A stretch of DNA of 64,000 nt from an uncultured Prevotella sp. (GTDB lineage: Bacteria; Bacteroidota; Bacteroidia; Bacteroidales; Bacteroidaceae). The notes beneath the pieces are model-generated. The model saw nothing but the letters and a program-made list of their open reading frames with translations. It made no database searches and was not told the DNA's origin. The position numbers were made by a program, and so were the translations under genes. Each line of letters begins with the position of its first letter. Positions within the stretch are counted from its first letter, which is position 1. Where the stretch lies: assembly GCA_963545855.1 (NCBI GenBank), contig CAUULA010000001.1, forward strand, positions 9,518 to 73,517, in the 5' to 3' direction. Shown here piece by piece: positions 47,324 to 56,036 of this stretch.

Positions 47324-49066
47324 ATGAAAAAAAGTCTACAAAGAACAATGCTACTGTTAATGGCAGGCATGGTCTCGTTGACGATGCAGGCCGCAGTATT
47401 TACCGGTGTAAGCGTAGACATAACGCTTACGGGCGATGGAGGGCATGAGACCACCAGCAGGGATCTCCCCGCATCAGGCTTTACCGAGGAGATGGGCGAT
47501 CTCTCGTCAAGCAACGATACCGTGTTTACCGTTAACAGTTTTACGGCAGCGGTAATCGGAGAGGCCGTGGAGGTGGCGATGTTCACCACAATCTATGATG
47601 CTTCGGGAGAGCCTGTCTATGACTGGAAAGGCACCTGGGCGGAGAATTTGGGAAACGGGATATGGAAGAGCTCTGTGCCTCTCGATGTGCTCAGCGGGCT
47701 GCAGAAAGGAATAACCTATAAGATAGAGATATTCTTTCGTGGGAAGAGTGCCGACGGAAGCTATTTCTACTGGAGCAACGACAGCAAGAATTACATAGTC
47801 AAGTTTCGCTATGACGATGTGGAGGAAGAGGGAGACGAACAGCCGTTCACATGGTTTGCCGACTCTACCGCTGCCTTTACCGTGTTGGCAAACGGCGTAG
47901 AGAAGACGCTTTCGTTCAACGGCGATGCCTCTATCCATTCCGGAACACAGGACTTGGGTATGGTGAACTCGCTTAGTATCCATAGTTGGATGCTCCGCCT
48001 TCGCCAGAAGCCCAATAGCAACATGCAGATAACCTCGGCATCTATCCAGAAGGTTGTCATCGTACCAGGCTCTCAGGAACTGGGCTGGGGAGTGTATGGA
48101 GACGGCATAGAATATACTTCTGCCTACAATGTTAGTGGTATGCTCGACAAGAAATTCAAGGGAGAGGAGATTGGTGAGGATGTTCTGGGCAGTCTCGAGG
48201 ACGGAAAGACCTACGGCCTGTACTTTATGTATCAGCTGATAGACGCAGAAGACCATTATTATGGCTTCGGCGCAGGCAATGACCGTCTGGGCTTTATATT
48301 TACCAAGGGCGATCCGTCGTCCGGCACAAGCAACATCATCCTTGACGCCTCGCACTTCTCGACGGACTATACCTTTAGTGGAACAGAGACGGATGCCAAT
48401 GTAAAATATGTGATGAGGCCACGGAACGGAAATCCGGAGAATGGCTTCATGCTCGACATTTCGCCAGTCGTACAAGGGCAACCGGCAGCATTTGTAACAG
48501 CCATGCTGTCAGATATCAACTACTGGGAGCCCGCCTTCCGCCGGCTGGCATCTCCTCTTGCAGGAGAGGATCTTGAGGCAAATGAGAACACCAAGCAGCT
48601 CACAGTCAGCAATGTGGGCTTGTTGCCGAACCAGTTTTCAAGCTACGAAGACTTGAAGATTGCCACGCTGAGCTATGATTCTAACTATTCAGGAACCCCC
48701 GTTATACCTGAGGGTTGCTTCAGCGGGTGTAATAGTTTGGATGCACTTTATATAGCTTGTAGCAAGATAAGCCTTGGCAGCAACGCACTTAATCCCGAAG
48801 CAGACTATGTCGTATTCGTCCCCAGTAGCGAGATGGCCGAAGTTTTTCTGGCTTACAAGAATAATTACGGTTGTGCCTATACGGTGAAAGTAGAGGCTAC
48901 TCTCGGTATGGGTAATCAGCCTTTCATGCCAAGTGCCGTGCCTGTCAGGTGTCATGATCTTAGCGGTTGCCAATTGCCCTTGCACTCCAAGGCACATTCC
49001 GGAGTGAGCATTGTGAAGATGAGCGACGGCTCTGTCCGGAAGGTAATAGACCGGAAGGCTCGTTAG
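47324..49066 (+). CDS. Secreted acidic protein with Prevotella-type C-terminal sorting tail, unknown function
   Basis: Signal peptide, beta-rich body, one BspA-like LRR unit (IPEGCFSGCNSL), C-terminal DLSG...GVSIVKMSDGSVRKVI. Confidence 0.72.
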   Translation: MKKSLQRTMLLLMAGMVSLTMQAAVFTGVSVDITLTGDGGHETTSRDLPASGFTEEMGDLSSSNDTVFTVNSFTAAVIGEAVEVAMFTTIYDASGEPVYDWKGTWAENLGNGIWKSSVPLDVLSGLQKGITYKIEIFFRGKSADGSYFYWSNDSKNYIVKFRYDDVEEEGDEQPFTWFADSTAAFTVLANGVEKTLSFNGDASIHSGTQDLGMVNSLSIHSWMLRLRQKPNSNMQITSASIQKVVIVPGSQELGWGVYGDGIEYTSAYNVSGMLDKKFKGEEIGEDVLGSLEDGKTYGLYFMYQLIDAEDHYYGFGAGNDRLGFIFTKGDPSSGTSNIILDASHFSTDYTFSGTETDANVKYVMRPRNGNPENGFMLDISPVVQGQPAAFVTAMLSDINYWEPAFRRLASPLAGEDLEANENTKQLTVSNVGLLPNQFSSYEDLKIATLSYDSNYSGTPVIPEGCFSGCNSLDALYIACSKISLGSNALNPEADYVVFVPSSEMAEVFLAYKNNYGCAYTVKVEATLGMGNQPFMPSAVPVRCHDLSGCQLPLHSKAHSGVSIVKMSDGSVRKVIDRKAR

Positions 49067-49090
49067 CAAGTATTTGATTTCCTGTAGATA

Positions 49091-49181
49091 GACGAACTGG
49101 CGGAACACGCGGATAATAATCCGGGCTCCGCCAGTTCGTCCATGGGGACTTGGTTGTCTGCGCGCACTGGGCGCGCAGACA
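49091..49181. terminator. Two hairpins between convergent genes
   Basis: GACGAACTGGCGGA...TCCGCCAGTTCGTC and TGTCTGCGCGC-ACTGG-GCGCGCAGACA. Confidence 0.6.
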
Positions 49182-50756
49182 TCATTTAGTCTCTATTTCT
49201 TCCTTCATGTCTATGAATTCTCGCTTGGAATCGTAGAACTCATACTGGAGGAAAGCCAGTTTCTGAGACGGAACAATGTGTACTCCGAACCCGTATTTGA
49301 TCTGCCATTTGTTCTTGAGGCTTACCACGCCTTGGTTGATAAACGCGGCAACATACGGGTGTACATGGAGATAGAATTTCTTGACGCCAATCTTGTTGAC
49401 CAGTCGGTCGATCTTTCCCTCTAACAAATCGGTGAACAGGATGCTGGACTTGATCTTGCCAGTACCGTTGCACGACGGGCATGTTTCTTCTACTCTGACA
49501 TCCATCGCGGGGCGAACGCGCTGACGCGTAATCTGCATCAGCCCGAATTTACTCAGCGGCAGGATGTTGTGGCGGGCGCGGTCTTTCTGCATGTTCTTGC
49601 ACATACGCTCATAGAGCATCTGCCGATCTTCCGCAAGGTTCATGTCGATGAAGTCGACCACGATGATTCCTCCCATGTCTCGCAGTCGCAACTGGCGGGC
49701 CAGTTCGTCGGCCGCACCGAGGTTCGTCTCTAATGCGTTCTGCTCTTGTCCGTTGCCGGCCTTTGCGCGGGTGCCGCTGTTTACATCCACCACATGCATG
49801 GCTTCGGTGTGCTCGATGATGAGATAGGCACCGTGACGATAGTTGATGGTCTTTCCGAAGCTGGACTTAATCTGCTTCGTTACATTGAAGTTGTCGAAGA
49901 TGGGCACCTTGCCCGTATACAGTTTTACTATGCCCGCCTTCTCAGGGGCTATGAGTGAGACATAGCTTTTGACCTCGTTGAAAACACTCTCTTCGTTGAT
50001 ATAGATGTTTTCATAGCTGGGATTGAAGAGGTCGCGCAGCAGGGCAACGGCTCTGCTGGTCTCTTCATATGCGAGCTGCGGTCGCTTCTGGGTCTTCTGG
50101 ACTTTAGTAATAGCGTCTTCCCATCGCCGGTTGAGCACCTTGAGTTCTGCATCCAGTTCAGCCACGCGCTTTCCTTCTGCCACGGTGCGTACGATTACGC
50201 CGCAGTTTTTGGGCTTGATGCTCTGGATGAGTTGCTTGAGTCGGGCTCTTTCCTCACCGCTTTTGATTTTAGAAGAAACGGAAACTTTATCGCCAAATGG
50301 AATGAGGACCAGGAACCTTCCGGCAAACGAGATTTCTCCCGTGAGGCGCGGCCCCTTGGTCGAAATGGGTTCTTTAACGATCTGCACCAGCACCTCCTGT
50401 CCTGCCTTGAGCGTCGTTTGTACGCTCCCGTCTTTCTGCAGGTCGGGCAGGTGTGATGCCTTGGAAAATGGATAAAGTTTCTTTCTGTCGCTTTGTACCT
50501 GTTTGAGATACTTTTCGTAAGAGGGGAATTGATTTCCCAGGTCAAGATAATGGAGAAAGGCGTCGCGCTCATAACCCACATTTACAAAGCATGCGTTCAA
50601 GCCCGGCATGAGCTTCTTTACCTTGGCTATGTAGACATTGCCAACAGAAAAGGAGGCCGAGCGCGGCTCACTCTGATACTCCACCAGGTTCTTATCTTCT
50701 AGCAGAGCTATCGAGATTTCCTTTTGTTGTACATCAATTACTACTTCGCTTGTCAT
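49182..50756 (-). CDS. rng: Ribonuclease E/G family
   Basis: S1 region, KGPRLT, VDVNSG, RLRDMGGIIVVDFIDM, CPSC..G; start at MTSEV. Confidence 0.93.
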   Translation of the reverse strand: MTSEVVIDVQQKEISIALLEDKNLVEYQSEPRSASFSVGNVYIAKVKKLMPGLNACFVNVGYERDAFLHYLDLGNQFPSYEKYLKQVQSDRKKLYPFSKASHLPDLQKDGSVQTTLKAGQEVLVQIVKEPISTKGPRLTGEISFAGRFLVLIPFGDKVSVSSKIKSGEERARLKQLIQSIKPKNCGVIVRTVAEGKRVAELDAELKVLNRRWEDAITKVQKTQKRPQLAYEETSRAVALLRDLFNPSYENIYINEESVFNEVKSYVSLIAPEKAGIVKLYTGKVPIFDNFNVTKQIKSSFGKTINYRHGAYLIIEHTEAMHVVDVNSGTRAKAGNGQEQNALETNLGAADELARQLRLRDMGGIIVVDFIDMNLAEDRQMLYERMCKNMQKDRARHNILPLSKFGLMQITRQRVRPAMDVRVEETCPSCNGTGKIKSSILFTDLLEGKIDRLVNKIGVKKFYLHVHPYVAAFINQGVVSLKNKWQIKYGFGVHIVPSQKLAFLQYEFYDSKREFIDMKEEIETK

Positions 50757-50849
50757 TTCTGTTATCTTTATTTTCAAAAATCAGGGGCATGCCTATAAAG
50801 AGACACGCCCCATAGTCTGTATGAATAGGCTTCAGAGCCAAGTCTTGGT

Positions 50850-50939
50850 TTACTTGCTCTTGTGTCTGTTCTTACGCAATCTCTTCTTACGCTTATGCGT
50901 AGCCATCTTGTGGCCCTTCTTTTTCTTACCGTTTGGCAT
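50850..50939 (-). CDS. Small basic ribosomal protein bS22 (AURKAIP1/COX24-like)
   Basis: Manual translation MPNGKKKKGHKMATHKRKKRLRKNRHKSK (29 aa); followed by a hairpin at 50784-50811. Confidence 0.88.
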   Translation of the reverse strand: MPNGKKKKGHKMATHKRKKRLRKNRHKSK

Positions 50940-50993
50940 AGCTTTTTAAAAATTAAATGTTTGATATAATGTTATTTTGAATTTGCCGATCAA

Positions 50994-51272
50994 TTAGTCG
51001 TTCATCAAAGCAGTGAATTCCTTGGATGGTTTGAAGCCGGGAATGTCGTGTGCTTCCACGCGGATGGTGATGTTCTTCTGCATGTCGCGCCCCGTCTTGG
51101 CTGCACGATGCTTGACGATAAAGGTACCGAATCCTCTTAGTGATACATCTTCCTTGCGCTTGGCTACGGAGTCCTTGACGACTTTCATAAACGCCTCGAT
51201 CGTGAGGGCTACATCCTTTTTTGCAAGGCCAGTCTGTTCTGAAATCTGGCTAACGATTTCTGCTTTGGTCAT
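50994..51272 (-). CDS. HU/IHF family DNA-binding protein
   Basis: MTKAEIV, LRGFGTF, RAAKTGR, PGFKPSK; -7 element at 51329-51336. Confidence 0.92.
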   Translation of the reverse strand: MTKAEIVSQISEQTGLAKKDVALTIEAFMKVVKDSVAKRKEDVSLRGFGTFIVKHRAAKTGRDMQKNITIRVEAHDIPGFKPSKEFTALMND

Positions 51273-51570
51273 TTTCTTATTGTCTTTATTTTGTTACTAA
51301 TTTTTACTTTCTGCCTTCATTGGTCTTGCAAATATACGAGTTTTTCCGCTTAAACGAAAATTAAAAGCTCTTTTTTTGCTAAAAAAAGCGTCTTTTTATG
51401 CTCTAAGTTCCTAATTATCAAATCTTTTTGTTTGCAATAGGGGGTAAACGATGGTTGTAGCCTTCTTTGCTGTGTAAAGAAAAAGGAACGATAAAAGGAT
51501 GTTGCGCTTCCTGCAATTCTCCGATGGTGTTGATGCCCGTTTCTTGGCTGGCGATTTTTTCCAGGAGTAT

Positions 51571-52383
51571 TTACATTGCGAATGTATTGAATCCGCCGTC
51601 GACAACGGCCACGGTTCCCGTAACGAATTTGGAGGCATCGCTTATCAGATAATGAATCGTGCCGCAAAGTTCTTCGGGATCTCCCATGCGTCCGAACGGT
51701 GTCTGCCTTATCACATCTTTTCCCCGTTCGGTATAGCTTCCGTCAGGATTTGTCAACAGCGACCGGTTTTGTTCCGTGATGAAGAAGCCCGGGGCGATGG
51801 CATTGACGCGGATTCCCTCTCCGAATTTCCGGGCTGTCTCGTGTGCCATGTAGGCAGTGAAGTTGCTGATGCCGGCTTTGGCTGCCCCGTATCCGCAGAC
51901 TCGAGTTAACGGGCGGAATGCCGCCATGCTGGAGAAATTGACAATCGCCCCTTTTTGCTGTTGGACCATAGGCTTGAGAAAGACCTGCGTGGGGATAACC
52001 GTTCCGGCAAGATTGAGGTTTAGCACTTTCCGGAATTGTTCCGGATCGAGGTCAAAGAAGCTCTGTCCTGGCCCTATGGTAGCTCCCGGCAGGTTGCCTC
52101 CGGCCGCATTGAGGAGTGCGTCGACTTTGCCGAAGTCCGCAAGGATGTCGCCGCAGTTCTGTTCTATGATGCCTTTGTCCATGACATCCGTTTGATAGAA
52201 CCTGGCAATTCCGCCGTCAGCCTTAATCTCTTCTATGATTTGGTTTCCTATTTCCTGCTTGCGCCCCAAGACCGCAACCTTGGCACCTTGTTCGGCGAGA
52301 TACTTCCCGATGCAGCGTCCTAATACGCCCGTGCCCCCGGTAATAACTACTACCTGACCTTCGATATCAAATAAGTTTTTCAT
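51571..52383 (-). CDS. uxuB: SDR oxidoreductase, probable D-mannonate oxidoreductase
   Basis: TGGTGVLG, NAAGG, YGAAK; adjacent to uxuA. Confidence 0.8.
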   Translation of the reverse strand: MKNLFDIEGQVVVITGGTGVLGRCIGKYLAEQGAKVAVLGRKQEIGNQIIEEIKADGGIARFYQTDVMDKGIIEQNCGDILADFGKVDALLNAAGGNLPGATIGPGQSFFDLDPEQFRKVLNLNLAGTVIPTQVFLKPMVQQQKGAIVNFSSMAAFRPLTRVCGYGAAKAGISNFTAYMAHETARKFGEGIRVNAIAPGFFITEQNRSLLTNPDGSYTERGKDVIRQTPFGRMGDPEELCGTIHYLISDASKFVTGTVAVVDGGFNTFAM

Positions 52384-52394
52384 ATGGAATGAGT

Positions 52395-53642
52395 TTATTC
52401 GTAAAATCCTGGTTGCTTATATTCGATTCCTAATTCCCTGTCCATCGTGGCAATCACCCCTTGAATCTGTCCCATGGCAAACATTCTGCCAAGAAAAGAA
52501 TAGCCAGCGTTATATCCCCGATTGATATCGCCGAGCATGGTCATTCCGTGGTCGACGCGCATCGGCAGCCGGGCCGTGTTGGGATTGTCGCCTCGCCTTT
52601 GCTCTTCTCTTTCAAAGATGCGGGCTAATTCTATAATATCGGCCCGTCCGCCGAGATGGCTCGCCTCCGTAAAGTCGCCGTTTGGGAAAATGTGGCACGA
52701 CCGCAGGTGTACGAACCAGGTGCGGTCGGCATACTTGTTGGCAAGCTCCGTCAGGTTGTTATGCCTTCCCGCCGACAAGCTCCCGGCACAGAAGGTGAGG
52801 CCGTTGTGCCTGTCGGGTACGGCACCGAGGAACCACCGGATGTCCTCGTCGCAGGTTACGATGCGGGGAAGGCCGAGGATAGGGAAGGGGGGATCATCCG
52901 GATGAACACACATATATATGTCGCACTCGTCGCATACGGGCATGATGGCCTCGAGGAAATATCGCATGTTCTCACGCAAAAGGCCCTTGTCGACTCCCCT
53001 ATACAGGGCAAGGAGCTGCCGGAAAAGCTCCACGGGGTGCTCGTCTCCCTCCTTGATGTTCCCGCTGACGAATCCCTGCGTCTTCACGATGATGTTCTCC
53101 ACGAGTTTGTGTTCATAGGCCGGCGTCATCCTCGCTTTCAGTTCCGCCACTTCTTCCAGGATGTTGCGGTTCATCACTCCGCTTCTCTGTTTCCAGTCGG
53201 TTTCTGCCCCGTTGCGGTTCAGGATGTGGATGTCGAAGTAGGCAAACTCGGCCCAGCTGAAATAGAGATTGGTCGTCCCGTTCGGATTCGGATGGTCGAG
53301 ATCGGTGCGTGCCCAGTCGAGCACGGGCATGAAATTATAGCATACGGTATGAATGCCTTCATCGGCAAGATTCCGCAGGCTCTCTTTGTAGACCTCTATC
53401 TGCCGGTCACGGTCAGGACCTCCGTATTTGATGGTCTCCGTAACAGGCAGCGATTCCACGACACTCCACCGCATTCCGTAACTCTCGATGTAGCTTCTCA
53501 GGTCGTGAATGGCCTCTCGTGTCCACACTTCACCTAACGGGACATCATGAAGTGCCGTAACAATGCCTTCCACTCCTATTTGTTTTAGCATGGCAAGCGT
53601 TATCTTGTCGTTCTTGCCAAACCATCTCCATGTTCTTTCCAT
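52395..53642 (-). CDS. uxuA: Mannonate dehydratase
   Basis: TWRWFG, WSVVES, CYNFMPVLDW, HPDDPP, RVDHG; start at MERTW. Confidence 0.93.
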   Translation of the reverse strand: MERTWRWFGKNDKITLAMLKQIGVEGIVTALHDVPLGEVWTREAIHDLRSYIESYGMRWSVVESLPVTETIKYGGPDRDRQIEVYKESLRNLADEGIHTVCYNFMPVLDWARTDLDHPNPNGTTNLYFSWAEFAYFDIHILNRNGAETDWKQRSGVMNRNILEEVAELKARMTPAYEHKLVENIIVKTQGFVSGNIKEGDEHPVELFRQLLALYRGVDKGLLRENMRYFLEAIMPVCDECDIYMCVHPDDPPFPILGLPRIVTCDEDIRWFLGAVPDRHNGLTFCAGSLSAGRHNNLTELANKYADRTWFVHLRSCHIFPNGDFTEASHLGGRADIIELARIFEREEQRRGDNPNTARLPMRVDHGMTMLGDINRGYNAGYSFLGRMFAMGQIQGVIATMDRELGIEYKQPGFYE

Positions 53643-53765
53643 ATACTGTGATATATTCTGTTTTCTTGGTTTATCAGATAATAGATATGCATTTCTACAG
53701 GCTGAATGCACTTGGCCTGAGGCCGTGATTACATGCTTTTGACTTCTTTCCGGAGAATCTTCGTG

Positions 53766-53814
53766 CAAAAATAAGGAAATTCCTTGAGAATGTCGCAGAA
53801 TTATCTTATTTTTG
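53766..53814. promoter_or_regulatory. Divergent -7 elements for uxuA-uxuB (minus) and kdgK-eda (plus)
   Basis: TATTTTTG on minus at 53766-53773 and on plus at 53807-53814. Confidence 0.65.
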
Positions 53815-53855
53815 CAATGTCTAACCCAAGAAAATACATTTTAAAGGATTAAGAA

Positions 53856-54878
53856 ATGGCAAAGATAATCACCTTCGGCGAGATAATGCTCCGCCTGTCG
53901 CCCGTCGGCAGCAATCGTTTCATCCAGTCGGATGCGTTCCGTATCATTCCGGGCGGGGGAGAGGCCAATGTCGCCGTGAGTCTTGCGAACTATGGGCATG
54001 AAGCCTGCTTCGTTACGAAGCTCCCCGCACATGAAATCGGCCAGATGGCCGTCAATGCACTGCGTCGATATGGAGTCAACACCGCCTATATTGCCCGCGG
54101 CGGCAGTCGCATCGGGCTTTATTATGCAGAGACGGGAGCCTCTATGCGCCCGAGCAAAGTGATCTATGACCGCGCCCATTCCTCCATTGCCGAGGCAGGA
54201 CCGGCCGACTTCGACTTTGATGAAATCATGAGCGGCGCCCGCTGGTTTCATTGGAGCGGGATTACTCCGGCAATCTCCGACAGGGCTGCCGAGCTGACCA
54301 AACAGGCCTGCAAGGCTGCGAAGCGACATGGCGTAACCATATCCGTAGACCTTAACTTCCGCAAGAAACTATGGACTTCGGAGAAGGCCATCTCCATCAT
54401 GCGGCCGCTGATGGAGTATGTGGATGTGTGCATCGGCAACGAGGAGGACGCCCAGCTCTGCTTGGGCTTCAAGCCGGATGCCGATGTCGAGGGAGCCAGG
54501 ACCGATGCTGCCGGCTACCACAAGATATTCGGGCAGATGAGGGAGGAGTTCGGGTTCAAGTATGTAGCCTCCACCTTGCGGGAGTCGTATTCGGCCACCC
54601 GCAACGGATGGAAGGCTCTCATATACGATGGCAGGGAGTTCTATGAGAGCCGGCGGTATGACATCAACCCGATTATAGACAGGGTTGGCGGCGGCGATTC
54701 TTTCTCAGGCGGCCTTATCCATGGCTTGCTCACGAAGCCGACGCAAGGAGAGGCTCTGGAATTTGCCGTGGCAGCCTCGGCCTTGAAGCATACGATAGAC
54801 GGCGATTTCAACCTTGTCGGTGCCGACGAGGTGGAGGCCCTGGCTCATGGAAACGCCAACGGGCGTGTGCAAAGATGA
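53856..54878 (+). CDS. kdgK: 2-keto-3-deoxygluconate kinase (PfkB family)
   Basis: FGEIMLRL, GGGEANVA, DLNFR, DRVGGGDSF. Confidence 0.9.
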   Translation: MAKIITFGEIMLRLSPVGSNRFIQSDAFRIIPGGGEANVAVSLANYGHEACFVTKLPAHEIGQMAVNALRRYGVNTAYIARGGSRIGLYYAETGASMRPSKVIYDRAHSSIAEAGPADFDFDEIMSGARWFHWSGITPAISDRAAELTKQACKAAKRHGVTISVDLNFRKKLWTSEKAISIMRPLMEYVDVCIGNEEDAQLCLGFKPDADVEGARTDAAGYHKIFGQMREEFGFKYVASTLRESYSATRNGWKALIYDGREFYESRRYDINPIIDRVGGGDSFSGGLIHGLLTKPTQGEALEFAVAASALKHTIDGDFNLVGADEVEALAHGNANGRVQR

Positions 54879-54915
54879 GAAGAGAATACAAACAGGTTAA
54901 GCATAAGAAACGAAG

Positions 54916-55584
54916 ATGGCAAAATTTGATAAGATAGCAGTCTTGAGGAAAATAGGAGATACGGGCATGGTCCCGGTCTTTTACAATAAGGATATAGAGA
55001 TAGCCAAGCATGTCCTGGGAGCCTGCTACGAAGGTGGAGTGAGGGCTTTTGAGTTTACCAACCGCGGCGACTTTGCCCATGAGGTGTTCGGCGAGCTGGT
55101 GAAGTGGGCCGACCGGGAATGTCCGGAGCTGGCATTGGGCATCGGCTCTGTCGTCGATCCCGCCACAGCGGCGCTCTATATACAGCTGGGGGCTGATTTC
55201 GTGGTCGGCCCGCTCTTCAATCCCGAAATCTCACCCGTCTGCAACCGGCGGCTGATACCTTACTGTCCGGGCTGCGGGAGCGTGAGCGAAATCGGCAAGG
55301 CGCAGGAGTTGGGGTCGGATCTGACCAAACTGTTTCCGGGAGATGTCTATGGTCCTAAGATGGTGAAAGACCTGATGGCGCCATGCCCATGGACCAAAAT
55401 CATGGTTACGGGCGGCGTTGCCCCGATGAGAGAGAACCTTGAGAGTTGGTTTAAGGCCGGAGCTTACTGTGTCGGCATGGGCTCGAAACTTTTCCCGAAG
55501 GACAAGGTGGAGTCGGCCGACTGGGACTATATCACCGCTCTCTGCAGGGATTGCCTTGATATTATCGGGGATTGCAGGTTGTAA
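54916..55584 (+). CDS. eda: KDPG/KHG aldolase
   Basis: FEFTNR, GIGSV, KLFPG, MVTGGV, VGMGS. Confidence 0.9.
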   Translation: MAKFDKIAVLRKIGDTGMVPVFYNKDIEIAKHVLGACYEGGVRAFEFTNRGDFAHEVFGELVKWADRECPELALGIGSVVDPATAALYIQLGADFVVGPLFNPEISPVCNRRLIPYCPGCGSVSEIGKAQELGSDLTKLFPGDVYGPKMVKDLMAPCPWTKIMVTGGVAPMRENLESWFKAGAYCVGMGSKLFPKDKVESADWDYITALCRDCLDIIGDCRL

Positions 55585-55615
55585 CCGTGGCGGCCGAGCT
55601 TGGCTTCACGGGGTG

Positions 55616-55676
55616 TTACAAGCGGCGTGTAACACGATTACACACAGCTTGTAATCCTGTTACACACAGCGTGTAA
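55616..55676. repeat. 22-bp-period palindromic array (family A), 3 units
   Basis: TTACA-N7-TGTAA at 55616, 55638, 55660; spacer TCCTG is the reverse complement of CAGGA seen in other copies. Confidence 0.92.
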
Positions 55677-55693
55677 GAGTATCGACAGCCGTT

Positions 55694-55730
55694 AAAGGAA
55701 AATCCGAAAGCCGGCGGCTTTCGGATTTCT
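55694..55730 (-). terminator. Intrinsic terminator after tRNA-Cys
   Basis: AAATCCGAAAGCC-GGC-GGCTTTCGGATTT stem with T-rich tail on minus. Confidence 0.8.
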
Positions 55731-55734
55731 GATG

Positions 55735-55805
55735 AGGTACCTAGCGGAGTCGAACCGCTTTGAACGGTTTTGCAGACCGTTACCTAACCGTTCGGACAAG
55801 GTACC
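55735..55805 (-). tRNA. tRNA-Cys (GCA)
   Basis: GGTACCT/AGGTACC acceptor stem, ACGGT-CTGCAAA-ACCGT anticodon arm, GGTTCGACTCC T-arm, U discriminator; own -7 element at 55833-55840. Confidence 0.95.
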
Positions 55806-55872
55806 CTGTGCCCCCATTAGGGTTTGCTTGTGCAAAGATAAGGCAAAATATTGGGAATTGCAAATTTTCCCT

Positions 55873-56034
55873 TTACTTTTTTCTTGCCTTCTTGCATTTC
55901 TCATAAAAGGCGCATCCGGCGCACCCGTAGTTTCTGCATTTCAGGTTCTGCCTATACTCCCGGTACAGGTATCGTATGAGCCAGGCCACACAAAGCGTGA
56001 GGATGACGGCGAGAAGTATATACTGGAATACCAT
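55873..56034 (-). CDS. FeoB-associated Cys-rich small membrane protein
   Basis: Manual translation MVFQYILLAVILTLCVAWLIRYLYREYRQNLKCRNYGCAGCAFYEKCKKARKK: TM helix plus CxxxxCxxCxxxxxC; 2 nt after the sda stop. Confidence 0.8.
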   Translation of the reverse strand: MVFQYILLAVILTLCVAWLIRYLYREYRQNLKCRNYGCAGCAFYEKCKKARKK

Positions 56035-56036
56035 CG

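Noticed and set aside
51571..51587. TTACA-N7-TGTAT single site at the uxuB stop
   Set aside because: One mismatched unit with no phased neighbours
55735..55805. tRNA-Cys as an integration site
   Set aside because: No integrase and no duplicated tRNA 3' end seen in the window
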